NCBI RefSeq assembly: GCF_018977255.1
Contig: NW_024704743.1
Span: 61,196,001 to 61,260,000 of the forward strand
DNA: 64,000 nt
Reading direction: 5' to 3'
Source of the DNA: Callorhinchus milii
Taxonomy: Eukaryota
Shown here piece after piece: positions 39,141 through 53,054 of this stretch; within the stretch, counting starts at the first letter, position 1; the number at the start of each line of letters is the position of its first letter. A program made the translations under genes and the position numbers. The notes beneath the pieces were generated by a model. That model saw nothing but the letters and a program-made list of their open reading frames with translations, did no database searches and was not told the origin of the DNA.

Positions 39141-42100
39141 TAATTACCATTATTACCATTTATTGTTTTTTACTAAAGCAAAATCAGATTTTTTTAGTTA
39201 ATAAAAAATGTTCGGCATTCTGTCTCCAAAACCTCATTTGCCCTTGCTTCTCGTCAGGGTGACACAATGTCAAGCAGACTAGGGAAATTATCTTCATAAG
39301 TTGACTCTGCCGAGTGTCAACACACAAGAGTTTCAATAGAAACTGCATAGCCCCATTTCACTCCAATCAATATACCAGGAATTAGATATCACTTCTTTTG
39401 TCTTTCTCTCTTTCCCTACCCCCAGTTAAAGAAATAGATTATTAAATATATATTCACCTCAACTCACCTACCTTTGATGCTGCCGCTTTAGAGGAACCTT
39501 GTGGATTCGACACAATATTCTCCCCAGTGCACATAGTTTCTGCAATAACAGTAAAATCTAGCCCAAACATTGATAAATCTTCATTAAAATCTTCCCTGAA
39601 GTGTGTATTTTTAAAACACAAGCACATCTAAATATGAAGTGGAATTACCTTCTTCCTGCCTTCCCCAACCCAAGCTCCAGCAAGACACTGCCCTGGATGG
39701 ATAAATGTTCACTGCCAGGTAAATGTTCACTGCTTAGATCAAGTAGTCTTAATTATCCACAGCTTGATATTTGCATGAAGTGGTCTAATTTGGGTCCATC
39801 AACATATTAGTCAGAAACTCTCACGAGTCCAACATGAGATGAGAATAGGCTTTCTTGCTGAATCAATAAAATTGCTCTGATTCACAGACCTTGTGGGATG
39901 GTATTTTCTCTTCTTCAAAGGCACTGTAATTTTTCTTCGTTTACAGAATGACGGTTGCAGAACTCTTTTGCTCTCCGATTTGTTTAAACATTTAAAATGC
40001 AGACAACCCAACACAGAACTCTCCCATTACCTTATTATTAACAAGGGGTGACATCTTGATTAAACATCCATAAATGAATAAAAAGCCTAAGAATAACCAA
40101 TTTAAATACGGGCAGTTATTGCAATAAGGCATTTTTACTGAAGATTGTCTAAAGCAAGATAATGGCATTTGTGAAGCTAGTTTTGTCTGTAAATGTTCCC
40201 TCTTTCTTGAGATTTATGCAGAAAAAAGTTAACTAACCTTAAGCAAATGTTATGATTTCTTAAGTCAACCAGCTTAACTTTGGGTCTAATATTCCATTTA
40301 CACTATTTGATATGTAATAATAATAATAATAATCCTTGCACTTGATATAGCTCCTTTCATGTCTTTACACACCTCCAAATGCTTCACACGACTAATGTAA
40401 ATTGTGACTATATTTTGTAGGTGAAAACAGCATTCAATTTGTGCACAGCAATGCCCCACAACCAGCCATAAAGTTAATGCTCAATCGTATCAGGGAGATT
40501 GTTGTCAGGGTATAACAAGAACCTCCCTTCCCTTTCTGAATAGTGCCACGAGATCATCTCTGAAAGGACAACACTATACAACTGTGTAGGGATTGGTAGT
40601 ATCAAGACAATTCCAAGTATATCTATTCAGCAACTTTCACGTTAGGGATAGCCCAAGGTATTTGACAGTTTTGAACCCCAGTGGGAGTGGGAGGCAAAAG
40701 GTTTGCGAGGGGAAAGACATGAGGGAGGAGGTGAGTCAGAGGGATTTTGGGATGGACTTTCAGAGTGGGGGCAGATAGGTTGAAATCCTGACCACTGATG
40801 GTGGGATAAATAGGGTGGAGGACATGAAGCCTACGTGTTCACCCCATATCTGTGGCCTCCTAAAACCATATCAACCCAGCTGCTCCTGAGTGAAGGGAGT
40901 AGCCGGGTTGGTATGGTTTGGGGAGGTCCCAGAGAATAATCACAAAGATGGCCAATCAGCTCAAAATGCCAACAAAGGTGATCTGGGTCTCCAACATTGG
41001 GAAAATGGCCAGGTCCATTTACTGAATGATTGTACCTCATGAGACCAGCAGATTACGATTGTTTGGAAAACTGTTGCGTGCTTGGCTACAGTCTCAGTTC
41101 TGTTCGTCTACATCAGATTGATGTTCTCATATTGTACGATGACTTATTCCTCATGGGAAGTTGCTGAGACATCTATTTTCAAATGGCCTTACATTTTTAT
41201 ACTGAACAAATCTAATGAATCTTCTTGAATTCCATGCAGAGCTCTGTTCTGTATCAAAAATGATTGAGGTTATTACCTACCTATGTCTGCATAAGTCTGT
41301 AAAACAAACTTTAGTACATTGATTGAATTCTTGGAAGGGCAGACCAGTCACTGGGGAAGGGAATCATCCCACTCAGCTTCTATTTACAATGCAAGACAAA
41401 GCCTAGCTAGACAAGCAATCAGAAAGCTTGTCAGATAGTGCTATCAATGGCATGCTACATGGTTTTAGCTGGTTAGACTCCAGCAGTACCCCAACGCACA
41501 CTGTGTCCCCAAGCCTTGACTCTTGCCAACCTGCGCCTAATCCTTTGCGGAATTCGGTAAGCAGGATGCATCCTTCTAGGGAGAGAGTGTCCATTCCATT
41601 CCATCTCTGGGATTTCCATGTGTAGGTGAGATGCATGAAATTCTCAGTTTGGTTTGGATACTCTTAAGCATAGGGATGGTTTCTGCGTATGTGAGACACA
41701 CAACTGACCAAAAATGTTTTTAAATGTATTTATTAATATTTTTGTTATTTATTATTAGCCTGGTGCTTGTTTCACAATATGATTTCATATTAAAATCTTA
41801 TTTAAAATCTTGTAGCGCCTTGGGACGTCCTCACGACATGAAAGGCGCTCTATAAATGTAATTTTGTTATTGTATATAATCATAGTTTGTCCAAGGACCC
41901 TTGGAAAATTCTCCTGATGTGAAAAGCGCTATATAAATACAAAGTTGTATTGTTGTTGTATTGAATTGTTAATCTGCATTCTGAAATATGCTGATAATAT
42001 TTTCTGCTTTTGAGAGCAGACTGATAAATTAGCAGAGGTCCATGCTAACTCTGTTTGTAGCTATTCACTCAATTGAGTAATTATTAGCTCTAACCACAGT

Positions 42101-42974
42101 GGCATGAGGAAAATACATAGCTCCCCTATCATAGGAACAAAAGAAGTATTACCCCATTGAGATCTAGCTAGAAATCGGTGTATTCAAGCTTGAAACTATA
42201 ACAACAACAATCTGGATCACATATGTCACTCTGCTCTACTACAGGTTAAGGTTATAGCACAAGCCATGCTACATCTTCGATAATGAATAATCAATCCATA
42301 ATTAATGTACAAATCAAACGTACATTTCCTTATAAACAGCTTTTTCCATATAAAAAAAGATGCAAAATGCTGCAGATGTTGGAAATCTGAAACAAAAACA
42401 GAAGTCGCTGAGAACATTCAGCAGGTAATAAATGATCCTGGCCATATGTTTGTTCATCTGCATTGGGATATCTCTAACATTCTGCATATTTCCAGCCAAG
42501 CAATATGACTCATACTCTTAGATTAAATTCATTCTGAGTGAGATTTGGTGTTACCTGTCTGAAATTCTGGATCTTTGCACTAATTTCACCTAGTCTTAGA
42601 CTGTAAGATAATTTTGTCTTAAATAATGTATAGAATTGTCAAAAATTCTTAAATTGAGTTTGAATTTTACTACACTTAGTATCCTGATTGAAATTTACAA
42701 CACACTTTTTAATAACTGCAAAAAAAAACAGCTTCCAAATTCAGGTTGAATTTAAGGATTTTCCATGAAAAGGGTACAAAAAAATGCACCAATGGTGAAT
42801 TGTATCGTTAACCTCTGGATATACAGGTATCAATCAAATTGCTGCATAATTTTCAGACGTAAACATGACATCCACTGGCTTTCCCCAATGCTGTTGTCTG
42901 GCCAGGAAGAGGAACCCAGTGTACACCTCTCAGGTATGTCAAGTCAGTTTATTCCACATGACAGAAGAATACAA

Positions 42975-45388
42975 GAATCGTGAGTTTTTGTATTTTATTC
43001 ATAAAAACAGATTTGCAACAATTTATTAAAAATTCATGCAGTATAAGGGTACAAGAAACCTTCTGTTCATTTACAGTTTATCCTGGCAGTTCCAGTATAG
43101 TTTAAAGCATTTGTGCACTAATATGATTTGGAAAATGCCGTCAGGGCACAGCCTCCTCATAAGTTTACCCTTTTTTTTGCTGCTGTATAAAAGAACAGAA
43201 ACATTAAATAACTATATTACTTTGTGGGTCTTTGATATTTGCAGGAAATAAAAATATTTCCTTATGGGAAATAACTACTGTATCATTAAGACAGAGAAAT
43301 GTACTGCATGGTTTAAACCTAATAAACTGCACACAGTCAGTATTCACAGACAGTCACAGACACACACACGCTCACCTCCAACAGTCAATACTTTTTGTTT
43401 GTTTTCCTGCTATGTTAGAATAATATTTCTACAGAGAACGTGTGTATACATTATATACAGTATTCAGTCCTCCTTCCGTATGATCTGGTGTCTTCAGAAA
43501 TAAACCTGGTTAAAGTTGAATTAAGGAGGCAGGGAAATACATTAACAGCCAAGGTCACCATTCAGGATACCACAAAACATGTCTTCACAACGGTACTTGG
43601 AAGCTTATTATGACCGGTGAATCAATGCACTGAGCATGCTCTTTTGGAACAAATGAACATAGGATTTTACTACCTTGACTGAAATGTGAAATTGTCTCTC
43701 AGGAAAGTGTATACCTGCACTTCACTGGGGGTTTTGGACGTGATCAAAATGTCAATTTACGTTATATACAAATATTAAGTCAGTAGCAATAAATATTACT
43801 TCAATATTCAAATGCTTCTTATCACTTCTGTTGACACCTGTTAATTGTATTAACAATTGTACTGTAGCTCACAGCCTACACTTGAATTTCCCATATCATA
43901 CCTTTGGATTTAAAGAAATCCAATTAGCTTGTGTGTGTGTGTGTGTGTGTGTGTGTGGCGGGGGGTGGTGTTACAGCTTCCAACCTGTTAGATTAGCAGA
44001 TAATAATATCTGCCCATGTCTGCCTACGTCACTCATTTCATTGATGAGAATGTGGAATGCACTGCCCAGAAGGTAGTATGCAGAACCCATTAGGATGTTT
44101 AAAAGGAAAATGGATTGATATTTAGAAGGGTATTGAGGGAGAAAAGCAGGAAGTAGAATAAAAAGATCTACCATGATCTATTAATGTGGCAGAACAGGCT
44201 CAATAGGCTGAATGATCTCTTCAGTGAGCTGAATGTCCTCTTCTGTTCCTATACTTAATCAGTGTGAACAGTGAATTGCTCTTCAAGCTGTCATGGTATA
44301 TGTTAACCAAGGTAATCATGAATGAATATACTGAGGGAGACAGAGGTAGACTTAATGAGGGTTATTCTCCGCTTGCTGGTAAATATACTAACCCTGATGG
44401 TGTGTATATACAATGGGAGAATCCAAGCTTGATAAATTTAAGTAGTGAACAAAAAACAGAACACAGAGTAACAAAGTTCATTATTGATTGTCCACTTCTT
44501 CTGTTACTTCCAAACTATGTCTGTGACCACATTGACACAGTTACCATTGAGGACCATTATTTAGTTTAACCACAAGGCAATGCCAGGCTTTAACACTAAG
44601 AATGCGTACCAGAACTTGAAGTCATCAATGCCTCACACCAGCAAATGATAGAGTGTAGCACAAAAGGTAGACAAGTGTGAACACAAGCAGAACACTTTCA
44701 GGTGACACAAATCACCTTTGATCAAAGCTGACAATTAGTTCACTTCTATATTAATCTATATACTGCTCAGGTGTCATGTTCAAAAGACCCCAGTGACTTA
44801 TTTGTATATGTCTTTCTGACCAAATTATATGTTTCCATAGAAGATCCGCACTCCCATGTTACATATATTTATTACAGAACTCCATTCTCCACTACAACAT
44901 TTTGCTTATTGGTCTATTAGAGAATACATTTGGTGCGTGTGCCGGTGCAGAAATGGTGACAATATTTGCTTCTACGCCAAAATTTAAATTTTAGTTTCTA
45001 TGTTGGTTGTGAACCTGCATTTATACATTAGATTTTGCATAGCAACTCACATTTTGTCTCCCTCTATTGATTGTGGCATGTAAAATAAACTGTGCAGTTT
45101 CGATAAAACGACAGTCCCTGCTTCCTTAAGAAAACCCATCACTCTTTCTGGGAAGGAAACATACATCCAGTTTATGCAGAAACAAAAACTTCACAGATAA
45201 GGCTACAGGTCAGATTCAGGGCATCTCTCTCAGACCACACAAGCTGGCTCAGGAACCCAGTTGTGTCTGTTTCAAATGCCTATTCCTCTGTGGTATGGAG
45301 AGCGTGCATCGTGTACGTAGCAGAGAACTAGGTGGGGTACACAGTCCAAATGCTGAGTACTCATCAGTTCAGGCTGCAAGCCTTTTCT
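42975..45388 (-). other. GABBR2: Probable GABBR2 3' UTR (about 2.4 kb)
   Basis: Repeat-poor AT-rich stretch after the stop codon, ending in two minus-strand AATAAA signals (TTTATT at 43022-43027 and 42994-42999). Confidence 0.55.
43930..43956. repeat. (GT)n microsatellite in the probable GABBR2 3' UTR
   Basis: About 13 uninterrupted GT units. Confidence 0.95.
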
Positions 45389-45577
<189 letters not shown>

Positions 45578-45589
45578 TTAGATTAGACA

Positions 45590-45950
45590 AGATAAGATTC
45601 TTCTGAGAAGATGATTCAGAGTAGACTTTATAAAGGTATATAACATTTTAAATGGGATTGAAAAAGTAAACCCAGAACACTACTCAAGGATGTACCAAGA
45701 GTGTAAAACAAGAGGACGTAAATTTAGATACGCAAAGAGCAATTTCAGGACAGACACCAGGAAGTATTTATTTACCAAGCCAGTAATTAAAACTAGAACA
45801 GGTTGCCAGCAGGGTGGTTGAGGCCAGGGCACTGGACTCATTAAAAAACGGTAGCTTGATACTGTGATGGGAAGATAGGAAGAGGGTTTTCTAAAAGGAT
45901 GAGATCAGTTGGGCCATAGGGCCTTCTTCATCAAAACTAATCTTGAATCT
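45590..45950 (+). mobile_element. Degraded CR1 3' fragment; a related copy lies at about 61300-61570
   Basis: aatttcaggacagacaccaggaagtatttatttacc...gtggttgaggcc...ggatgagatcagttgggccatagggccttcttcatc (FFTQRV-region remnant plus tail). Confidence 0.75.
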
Positions 45951-48029
45951 TACGGATATCCAGTTTACTGACAATGTTCGGTTCACTAACTGCACCGGAG
46001 AAACTAACTGGCATTAGCAAGAAAGAATTTCATTATAAGCAGCCAGCAATATCTTTCTATAATCCTGGATGTTAATAAGGAAGCATCATTAATGAGGCTT
46101 CACTGTTTACACTGATTATCTTCCTATTGCTGTATCCCCAATTCATCTGTTTACTGCAAATCAATAATAATAATTCACTCTAATGAACGTTTTGCAGAGA
46201 GCTGCAAGATTCCAAAATGCTAAATCACAGATACAGATATCTTAGTACTGAATTAGGTCCTAATTTGAAGCCAGTTCAAAGAAAATGTCCCAGTAAGTGC
46301 TGCCAATGAAACTTCAAGTGCATTCAAGACTGTAACTCTGTACTGTAGTCTGTCCCCTAATTGATTGTCTGCACTTACTGTTCTTAATGCCAATAAACAC
46401 AGTTGTTGAAGGAGGAAGGGAGCTGGACAATCAATGCAGTCAAAACAGCTCTCATTCTGTTGATGATCATTTCACACGTCGCAGGTGCTCTGTAATAACT
46501 TATTTTTCATAAGAAAATAGGACACCAGAGAATATCCTAGCAGTGAACTAGAAACTCAAGCAGTGACCAAACAGGACCATTTATCGCCCCAAATTGAGTC
46601 TAATTTGATCCAATTCTTTGATTAACATAAATAATTGGCGGGGCAGTCTTAGATGAGCACCAGCACTGATGATTAATCAGTTAGTTGATTAATAGAAGAA
46701 ATCAATCAGTTGGCTGTACTGTAATGCTTGAAATGTAATGCATCCGAGACCTTTGTCTTAAAATGTGACATTGTACAGAATTCTGGAAATTCTTAAATTC
46801 GGTCATAATTTGAAAGTCGATATTTCCAAAAGTACTAATGGAAAACTGGCTCCCAAATTAAGATTGGATTTAAAACATTTTTACAATTCTGCAGGATCTT
46901 AAATAAGATGGTCTTATGAGCTAAAACCATGAAGATTGTGGCCTCAGAAGCAGGTAACATTTAAAGAATTTAAACTGTATTCAGTAGCTTTGCGCATTGT
47001 AACATTTCTTCTAAGAATTTTCATTATGTTAAATTGACATGTAACAACAGTTACACAATTTTAAAATATCAAGAAAACTATTTTCCAAATATTTGTCTCA
47101 CAAACACTCTGAGCAAGGCCTGCTCTCTTTTATTTGAGCAGCTGAAACCCTCATACAACTGGATAATTATTCAATATTTTCTATCTGTAAAAAAATCAAT
47201 TAATAATTTTGCATTGTCATTTTAATACCTTCGGGCATCTCTTCATAATTGTCATTGTAAAACATTTTGAGATATTTATCCTATGTGCAAGATGTTATAT
47301 GAGTATAAGTTGCCTTTTGTTGTAGTTAGTCACCGAGTGATCCATAGCAAGAGATATTAATAACAACAAAAACAACAACAAATTACATTTGTATAGCATC
47401 TTTCTCGTCAGGAAATAACAGCTCTGTGTTGCAAACAAAATCTCTTTCTGGTAAACAGAAGTGCGTCACATCAATCTTCAAGAGTTCTGTTCTGCTGGAG
47501 CGAAGGTCTCATGGATTGGCATGATGTAATTCCAGATGCCGGAAAGAGTTTCTATTTGCAATTCAAAGTTGTTATCAACGACTCCTATTACGAATATCTA
47601 TCACTGTTGGTTCAATCAAATGTTGGGATGTGTATAGCACAGAAGGGCATCATACATGACAGTCTGAATGTGTGACACTGTTCATAAAGAAACGGGCCAT
47701 CTGATGTGGGGGGAGAGGTTCCCAAATTTGGCATTTAATTAAGTAACCAAATTGAATCTATTCAGGTCACTTTGGGGTTAAAAATTCCATTCATCATTAT
47801 GGTGATCATTGTGGTGATGCACAGTTATAATACAAAATCCCATTAGTGTCTTACATTGCCAAAGAATTACAACAACAATTTGCATTTATATAGCACCCCG
47901 AATGCAGGGTAGCATTTCAGAGATCTTGGAAAGGTGAGGTGTGTAACGCTGAATGGAATTTGTATCTATTAGAGTTTAAAACTCAGTGAGAATGAAAAAT
48001 TCCTTCTTCCCCCTCCCTCTCCTACCTCC

Positions 48030-48720
48030 CCATCATACAACAACAATAACTCCGAACCGGGAGTGGGGGGGGAGGTGGCCGTAAGTACAATTGAAAAGGA
48101 AGGTTTTCAGGTGCGACTTGAAAAATGGGAGAGAGGGGGCAAGGCGGAGGGATTGAGGGAGAGTGTTCTATAGTTTCAGGGCTTAGTGGCTGAAAGTGTG
48201 ACCTCAATTGTGGGTCAGAGGGTGCGAAAGACAAGCAGGAGGCCGGTGCCAGTCGAACGGAGGCACAGGGTGGTGGATTGGGGAGTGAGGAGATCGGAGA
48301 GGTAGGGAGGTGCCAGGGAGTGAAGGTTAATTGAACACAAGTGTGAGGATCTTGATGTCGATCCGTTTGGTGATGGGGAGTCAGTGGAGCCTGGACAGAA
48401 CTGGTGAGATGTGGGTACGGAGTTTGGTCCGGGTTAGTATGTGGGCAGCAGAGTTCTGAATGAGCTGGATCATTTGAATGGTGGAGCTGGGGAGACCGGC
48501 AAGGAGTGCGTTTGAGTAATCCAGACAGGAGGTGACAAACACATGCACAAGGGTTTCAGGAGCATTTGGGGAAAGATACTGGCAATGTGGCAGAGGTGGA
48601 GGAAGGCGGTCCTGGTCAGTGACTGGATGTGGGGGAGGAAGGACAACTGGTGTTCAAACCGGACCCCTGGATTGCTCACTGGTTCGGTAAGTGTAAGGGA
48701 GAGCCCAGGGAGGTTGAGGA
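48030..48720 (-). mobile_element. L2 fragment
   Basis: Minus strand encodes NPGVRF..LSFLPHIQ and further L2 ORF2 C-terminal remnants. Confidence 0.85.
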
Positions 48721-48734
48721 GTTTAGATCCGCTC

Positions 48735-49010
48735 GACTGGCACCGGCCTCATGCTTGTCCCTCACACCCTCCACCCCACCATCGGAGGTCGCGCTTTCAG
48801 CCACTACGCCCCAAAACTCTGTAACACTCTCCCTCAATCCCTCCACCTTGTCCCCTTTCTCCCCTTTTTCAAGTCCCGCCTGAAAACCTTTCTCTTTGAC
48901 CATGCTTACGGCCAGCTCCCCCAGCTCGGAGTCAGGCTCCATCATATTTTAACGCTCTGAGACGCTATCCTGCATGGAGGGCATTATGTAAGTGCAAGTT
49001 GTTGTTGTTG
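48735..49010 (+). mobile_element. L2 3' end
   Basis: PTIGGRAFSHYAPKL..FKSRLKTFLFDHAY; tail gtaagtgcaagttgttgttgttg. Confidence 0.9.
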
Positions 49011-49125
49011 CTGTCCGTCAAACAAGCTGACAGAACATCATCATACTGGGAGTTGCTGCTGGAGAGGAGAAGTAGATTTGGGAGGAAAAAATATTTGGCA
49101 AGATGTATTGTTGGGGGTTTGTTAA

Positions 49126-49297
49126 GTAATAATAATTCTTGCATTTGATATAGCGCCTTATCATGTCATTGAGACATCTCAAAGGGCTTCACAGAATATA
49201 CTGTAAAGTGAATTGACTGTATATTTTGTGGGCGAAACGAGGTAGCCAATTGCACAGCAGTGTCCCACAATGTGGATTGAGTGACCAAATTATTACA
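49126..49297 (-). mobile_element. tRNA-derived SINE, 3' half
   Basis: Same body and tail as the other copies. Confidence 0.85.
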
Positions 49298-49300
49298 ATA

Positions 49301-51270
49301 AAAACAACAAAATTACATTTGTATAACGCCTTTCACGTCAGAAGGACGTCCCAAGGCGCTGGACCGTCAGAGTTTTGGACCCGAGCTGGGGGTCGGGTTC
49401 AGGGAGGATGGAGGGCAGGAGGGGAAGCAGGGTAATTGAAAGCACGGTCTTGAAGGAGGCAACGGAAGGGGAGAGGCGGAGGGACTGCGGGATGGAGTTC
49501 CAGAGGGTGTCGGCAGAATGGCAGAAGGTCCATCTGCCAATGGTGGGGACAGCAAGGTGGGGAATGTGAAGCAGGCAGGAACCCGTCGAGAGGAGGGAGT
49601 GGGCAGGATGGTAGGGGGTTAGGAGGTTGCAGAGATAGGGGGGAGCAAGACCATAGAGGGCTTTGAAGGTGAAGTCCAGGATCTTGAACTGTATCCTCTG
49701 TGTGATGGGAACCCAGTGGAGTCGGGCGAAGAAGGGGCTGATAGGGTCATGGAGCCTTATGTATGAGAGGACACGGGCTGCAGAGTTCTGGATGATCTGC
49801 AGCCTGCGGAGGGTGAAGTTGGGGAGGCCGACAAGCAAGGAGTTTGCATAATCAAGCCTCGATGTTATGAATGCATGTATGAGGGTTTTGGTGGCTTGGG
49901 TGTGAGATGATGGCAGAGCCGGGCAATGTTGCGGAGGTGGGGGAAGGCAGAGCGGGTCATGGCACAAATGTGGGGTAGAAAGCATAGTTGAGTGTCAAAC
50001 AAGACCCCAAGGTTACGGACTGGCTTAGCAAGGTGGAGTGTGGAGGCTCTGACGGGAGCCGATCAGGAGAGCCTCGGTCTTGTTGATGTTCAACTGAAGA
50101 AAGTTAGCTCTTATCCAGGACTTGATGTCTGACGCACATTCTGTCAGGACAGCAGTGGTCCTGGAGTCACGGGTGGAAGCAGCGAGGTAGAGTTTGGTGT
50201 CATCCGCACACATGTGGAAGTTGACCCCATGTCTGCAGATGATATTACCAAGAGGGAGCATATAGATATTGAAGAGGAGGGGACCAAGGACAGAGCCCTG
50301 AGGAACGCCGCACGAGACAGTGCGGGGGCTAGAGGAGAAGCCGTTTGTGGAGATGAAGTGGAGACGGTGTGAGAGGTATGATCTGAACCAGTCAATGACA
50401 GACCTGTGAAGGTTGAGGTGAGAGAAGAGGCAGTGAATGAGGATAGAGTGGTCGATGGTGTCGGAGGCAGCAGAGATGTCAAGGAGGCTGAGGAGGCAGA
50501 GGGAACCCTGGTCGCAGATGGACAGAATGTCATTTATCACTTTGGCCAGGGCTGTTTCTATACTGTGATTGGCAGGGAAACCCGATTGGAGGGGTTCATG
50601 AAGAGAGTGGCGGGAGAAGAAGGAGTGAAACTGGGAAGCAACAACTCATTCCAGGACCTTGGAGAGGAAAGGGAGGTTGGAGATGGGGGTAGTTGGGGAG
50701 TAGAGATGGGTCCAGGGTAGGTTTTTTAAGGATAGGAGTGATGACAGCGTTTTTTTAATAGGTTGGGAACAGTGCCAGTGGACAGGGAGAGATTTATGAT
50801 ATTATTGCTTTTTTTTGAAGGGATTATTACCCCGGGAAAAGCTGTCTGCCAATCGCCTAACAACTGGGTTCCTACATATGCTTGAGTAATCAGAGGCGTA
50901 TCGAGTAAGGAAACTTGCCCAACATTTTGCCTTGCAGGACTCGAATCTTGCAAGTGCAGTCCCGCTAATGTAGAAGAGGGAGGAGAGGTGGTAGAGGAGG
51001 ATGGCGTGATCGATTATGCTGAACTTGGCAGAAAGATCTAGGAGAAGGAGGAGGCAGAGGGAGACCTGGTCACAAAGAGAGAGGACGTCATTTGTGACTT
51101 TCCTCTCTCTTTGTGACCTTGACGAGCGGTGGCTCTGTGCTGTGGGCGAAAAACAGACTGGAAGGGTTCAAGTGGGGATTGGAGGGAGAGGTGTGAGTGA
51201 AGTTGATTTGCAACAACACGTTCTGTAACTTTGGCCAGGAAGAGCAGGTTTGAGATAGGTTTAAAGATAA
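49301..51270 (-). mobile_element. 5'-truncated L2 LINE, interrupted by a SINE 5' fragment at about 50800-50955
   Basis: ORFs 50025-50540 (LLDISAASDTIDH, GVPQGSVLGPLLF, CADDTKLY) and 49338-49985 (TSRLDYANSLL, QNSAAR, LHW.P); L2-like sequence resumes at about 50960-51270. Confidence 0.93.
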
Positions 51271-51415
51271 CAAGACCAATAACAAAGTGGATTTATGTAA
51301 AAATAGATAATGATTTTGTGGGATAAGATCTGGTTAGATTATTCCTTTTAATGCTCTAATAATACCGGCTGAGATCTGGGTTGCATTGAGAGAATGTGCT
51401 TGGTGCGCTACTTAC

Positions 51416-51536
51416 TGTTCTGGAGAGTTGATGTCTTCTATGACATCTTTGTTTGTTCTGGAAGTCTCCAATGTGGTGCCCCATGGTGCCTGTGACCGCT
51501 GATCATGGTGGTTTTTCAAGAGAGGCTTCTCGCTGT
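51416..51536 (-). CDS. GABBR2: GABBR2 penultimate exon ([41 protein letters not shown])
   Basis: Matches human DGGKAILKNHLDQ...[16 protein letters not shown]. Acceptor tttctttacAG, donor CA|gtaagt; the His codon CA|T joins the terminal exon in frame. Confidence 0.95.
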
Positions 51537-53054
51537 CTGTAAAGAAATGTGATAACGTGTGAACTTCCAGCTCCTAGGACACCCCATCCCTGCAGATGTC
51601 CTTCCATAAACACTGCAATGCAGTGGTGTCTGAGATAAGGCGGTCCTCACCGATAGATTATTAGAGTTAATATATCTCCCACGTTTTCTACGGTTTAAAT
51701 TTGAAAGTTACAGTTAAAAAGTAGATAGATTTCATAAATTCATTGTTGATGGCAAAATATCTATTCCTACAGCAATTTTACAAACAAAAAACATGGTTCA
51801 AAATAGTTTTAAATATTAAAGGTGTTGTGAAAAGTGAGAGAGCGAGCATCACAACAGACATGATGTGCTGAAAGGCCTCCTTTTAAGCTGTAAATATTCT
51901 ATGGGGGGGGGGAATGATTTAACATTTAGCAGATAGCAGAAATTGCAATCAAAATCAGTCTTTAATTATCGACTGGTTTAGGTGTAAAACCTCCCTTCCC
52001 CCTTCATTTCACATCAGTGGTTTGGCCCAAAGCCTCTTACAGATGTCCTGTTCTACCTGTCTATCACCACATTCCGCACAGATATCTCTCATAAGAAAAT
52101 AGGAACATGAGCAGACATTGAGCCCGTCGAGCCTACTTCATTGTGTCCTCATTGGGCAGAATTACGGCTGTGAGTTCACATCTGAGAGAGCGAGAACAAT
52201 ATTGAATCATGAAAAGCAAGTGTTCTGCTATGAACGTTTCTGTGTGTCCTTCCCTTTCATTTCCATTTAAAGCCATTTCTGTCATGAAACAAAATGAGCT
52301 TGGCGGGCAGCTCCAATTGTGTATTGGTTAAAGCTACAGCCTACAGACCAGGAGCTTGCTGCTCTCAGCTGGAGTTGCATGGGGGAGGCTAAATTGATGC
52401 CAGCCTTCCCACAGTTTGGGAGGGTAAAAACAGCTGGGGTTCCTGTGTGGCTTGCCGACACTCACTGCCAAAGGCTCACCTATGAACAATGGCCACGATG
52501 GGGGTTACCAGTGGACAACCAATGCCAGTGGAACTACACCCACGCATGAGGGGATGAGGGGAGAAAATTAGAAAAATAATAGGCCAGTAACTTGAATATT
52601 GTAACTTTTTTCGACTTGTGGTGAGCTGTGACCATCCACCCAGCAAAATCGAGGCTGATATCTCTACTAATGTTAACTTGATTCCCTCGCATTGTCAAGT
52701 TCAACGACTCCTTCAAGCCAGCTCCTCTGCACTATCATTAGAACTCACAATATAAAGATGTATATTCTTTAAACTAAGAGAAAGGCAGGAATAATCAGAG
52801 CAATATTAATGCCGATCATTAACTACTGCTTGATGTTCAGAAATGGGTAACTCAGGCTTCAAGAATCCTCAGCTCTGAACTTTCTCACAGTTTTAAGAAC
52901 ATTGTCTTAAAATTTAAGATTGTGCAGAATTTTCCAAAAGTCTTAAACTCACTTTTAATTTGAAAAAAAATTGTCCTCATTACCCCAAGAGAACCACAGA
53001 AAATCAGCTTCCTCGACTATTTTTCTCCCTGTGAAGAATGTTAGTGTGAGCACT

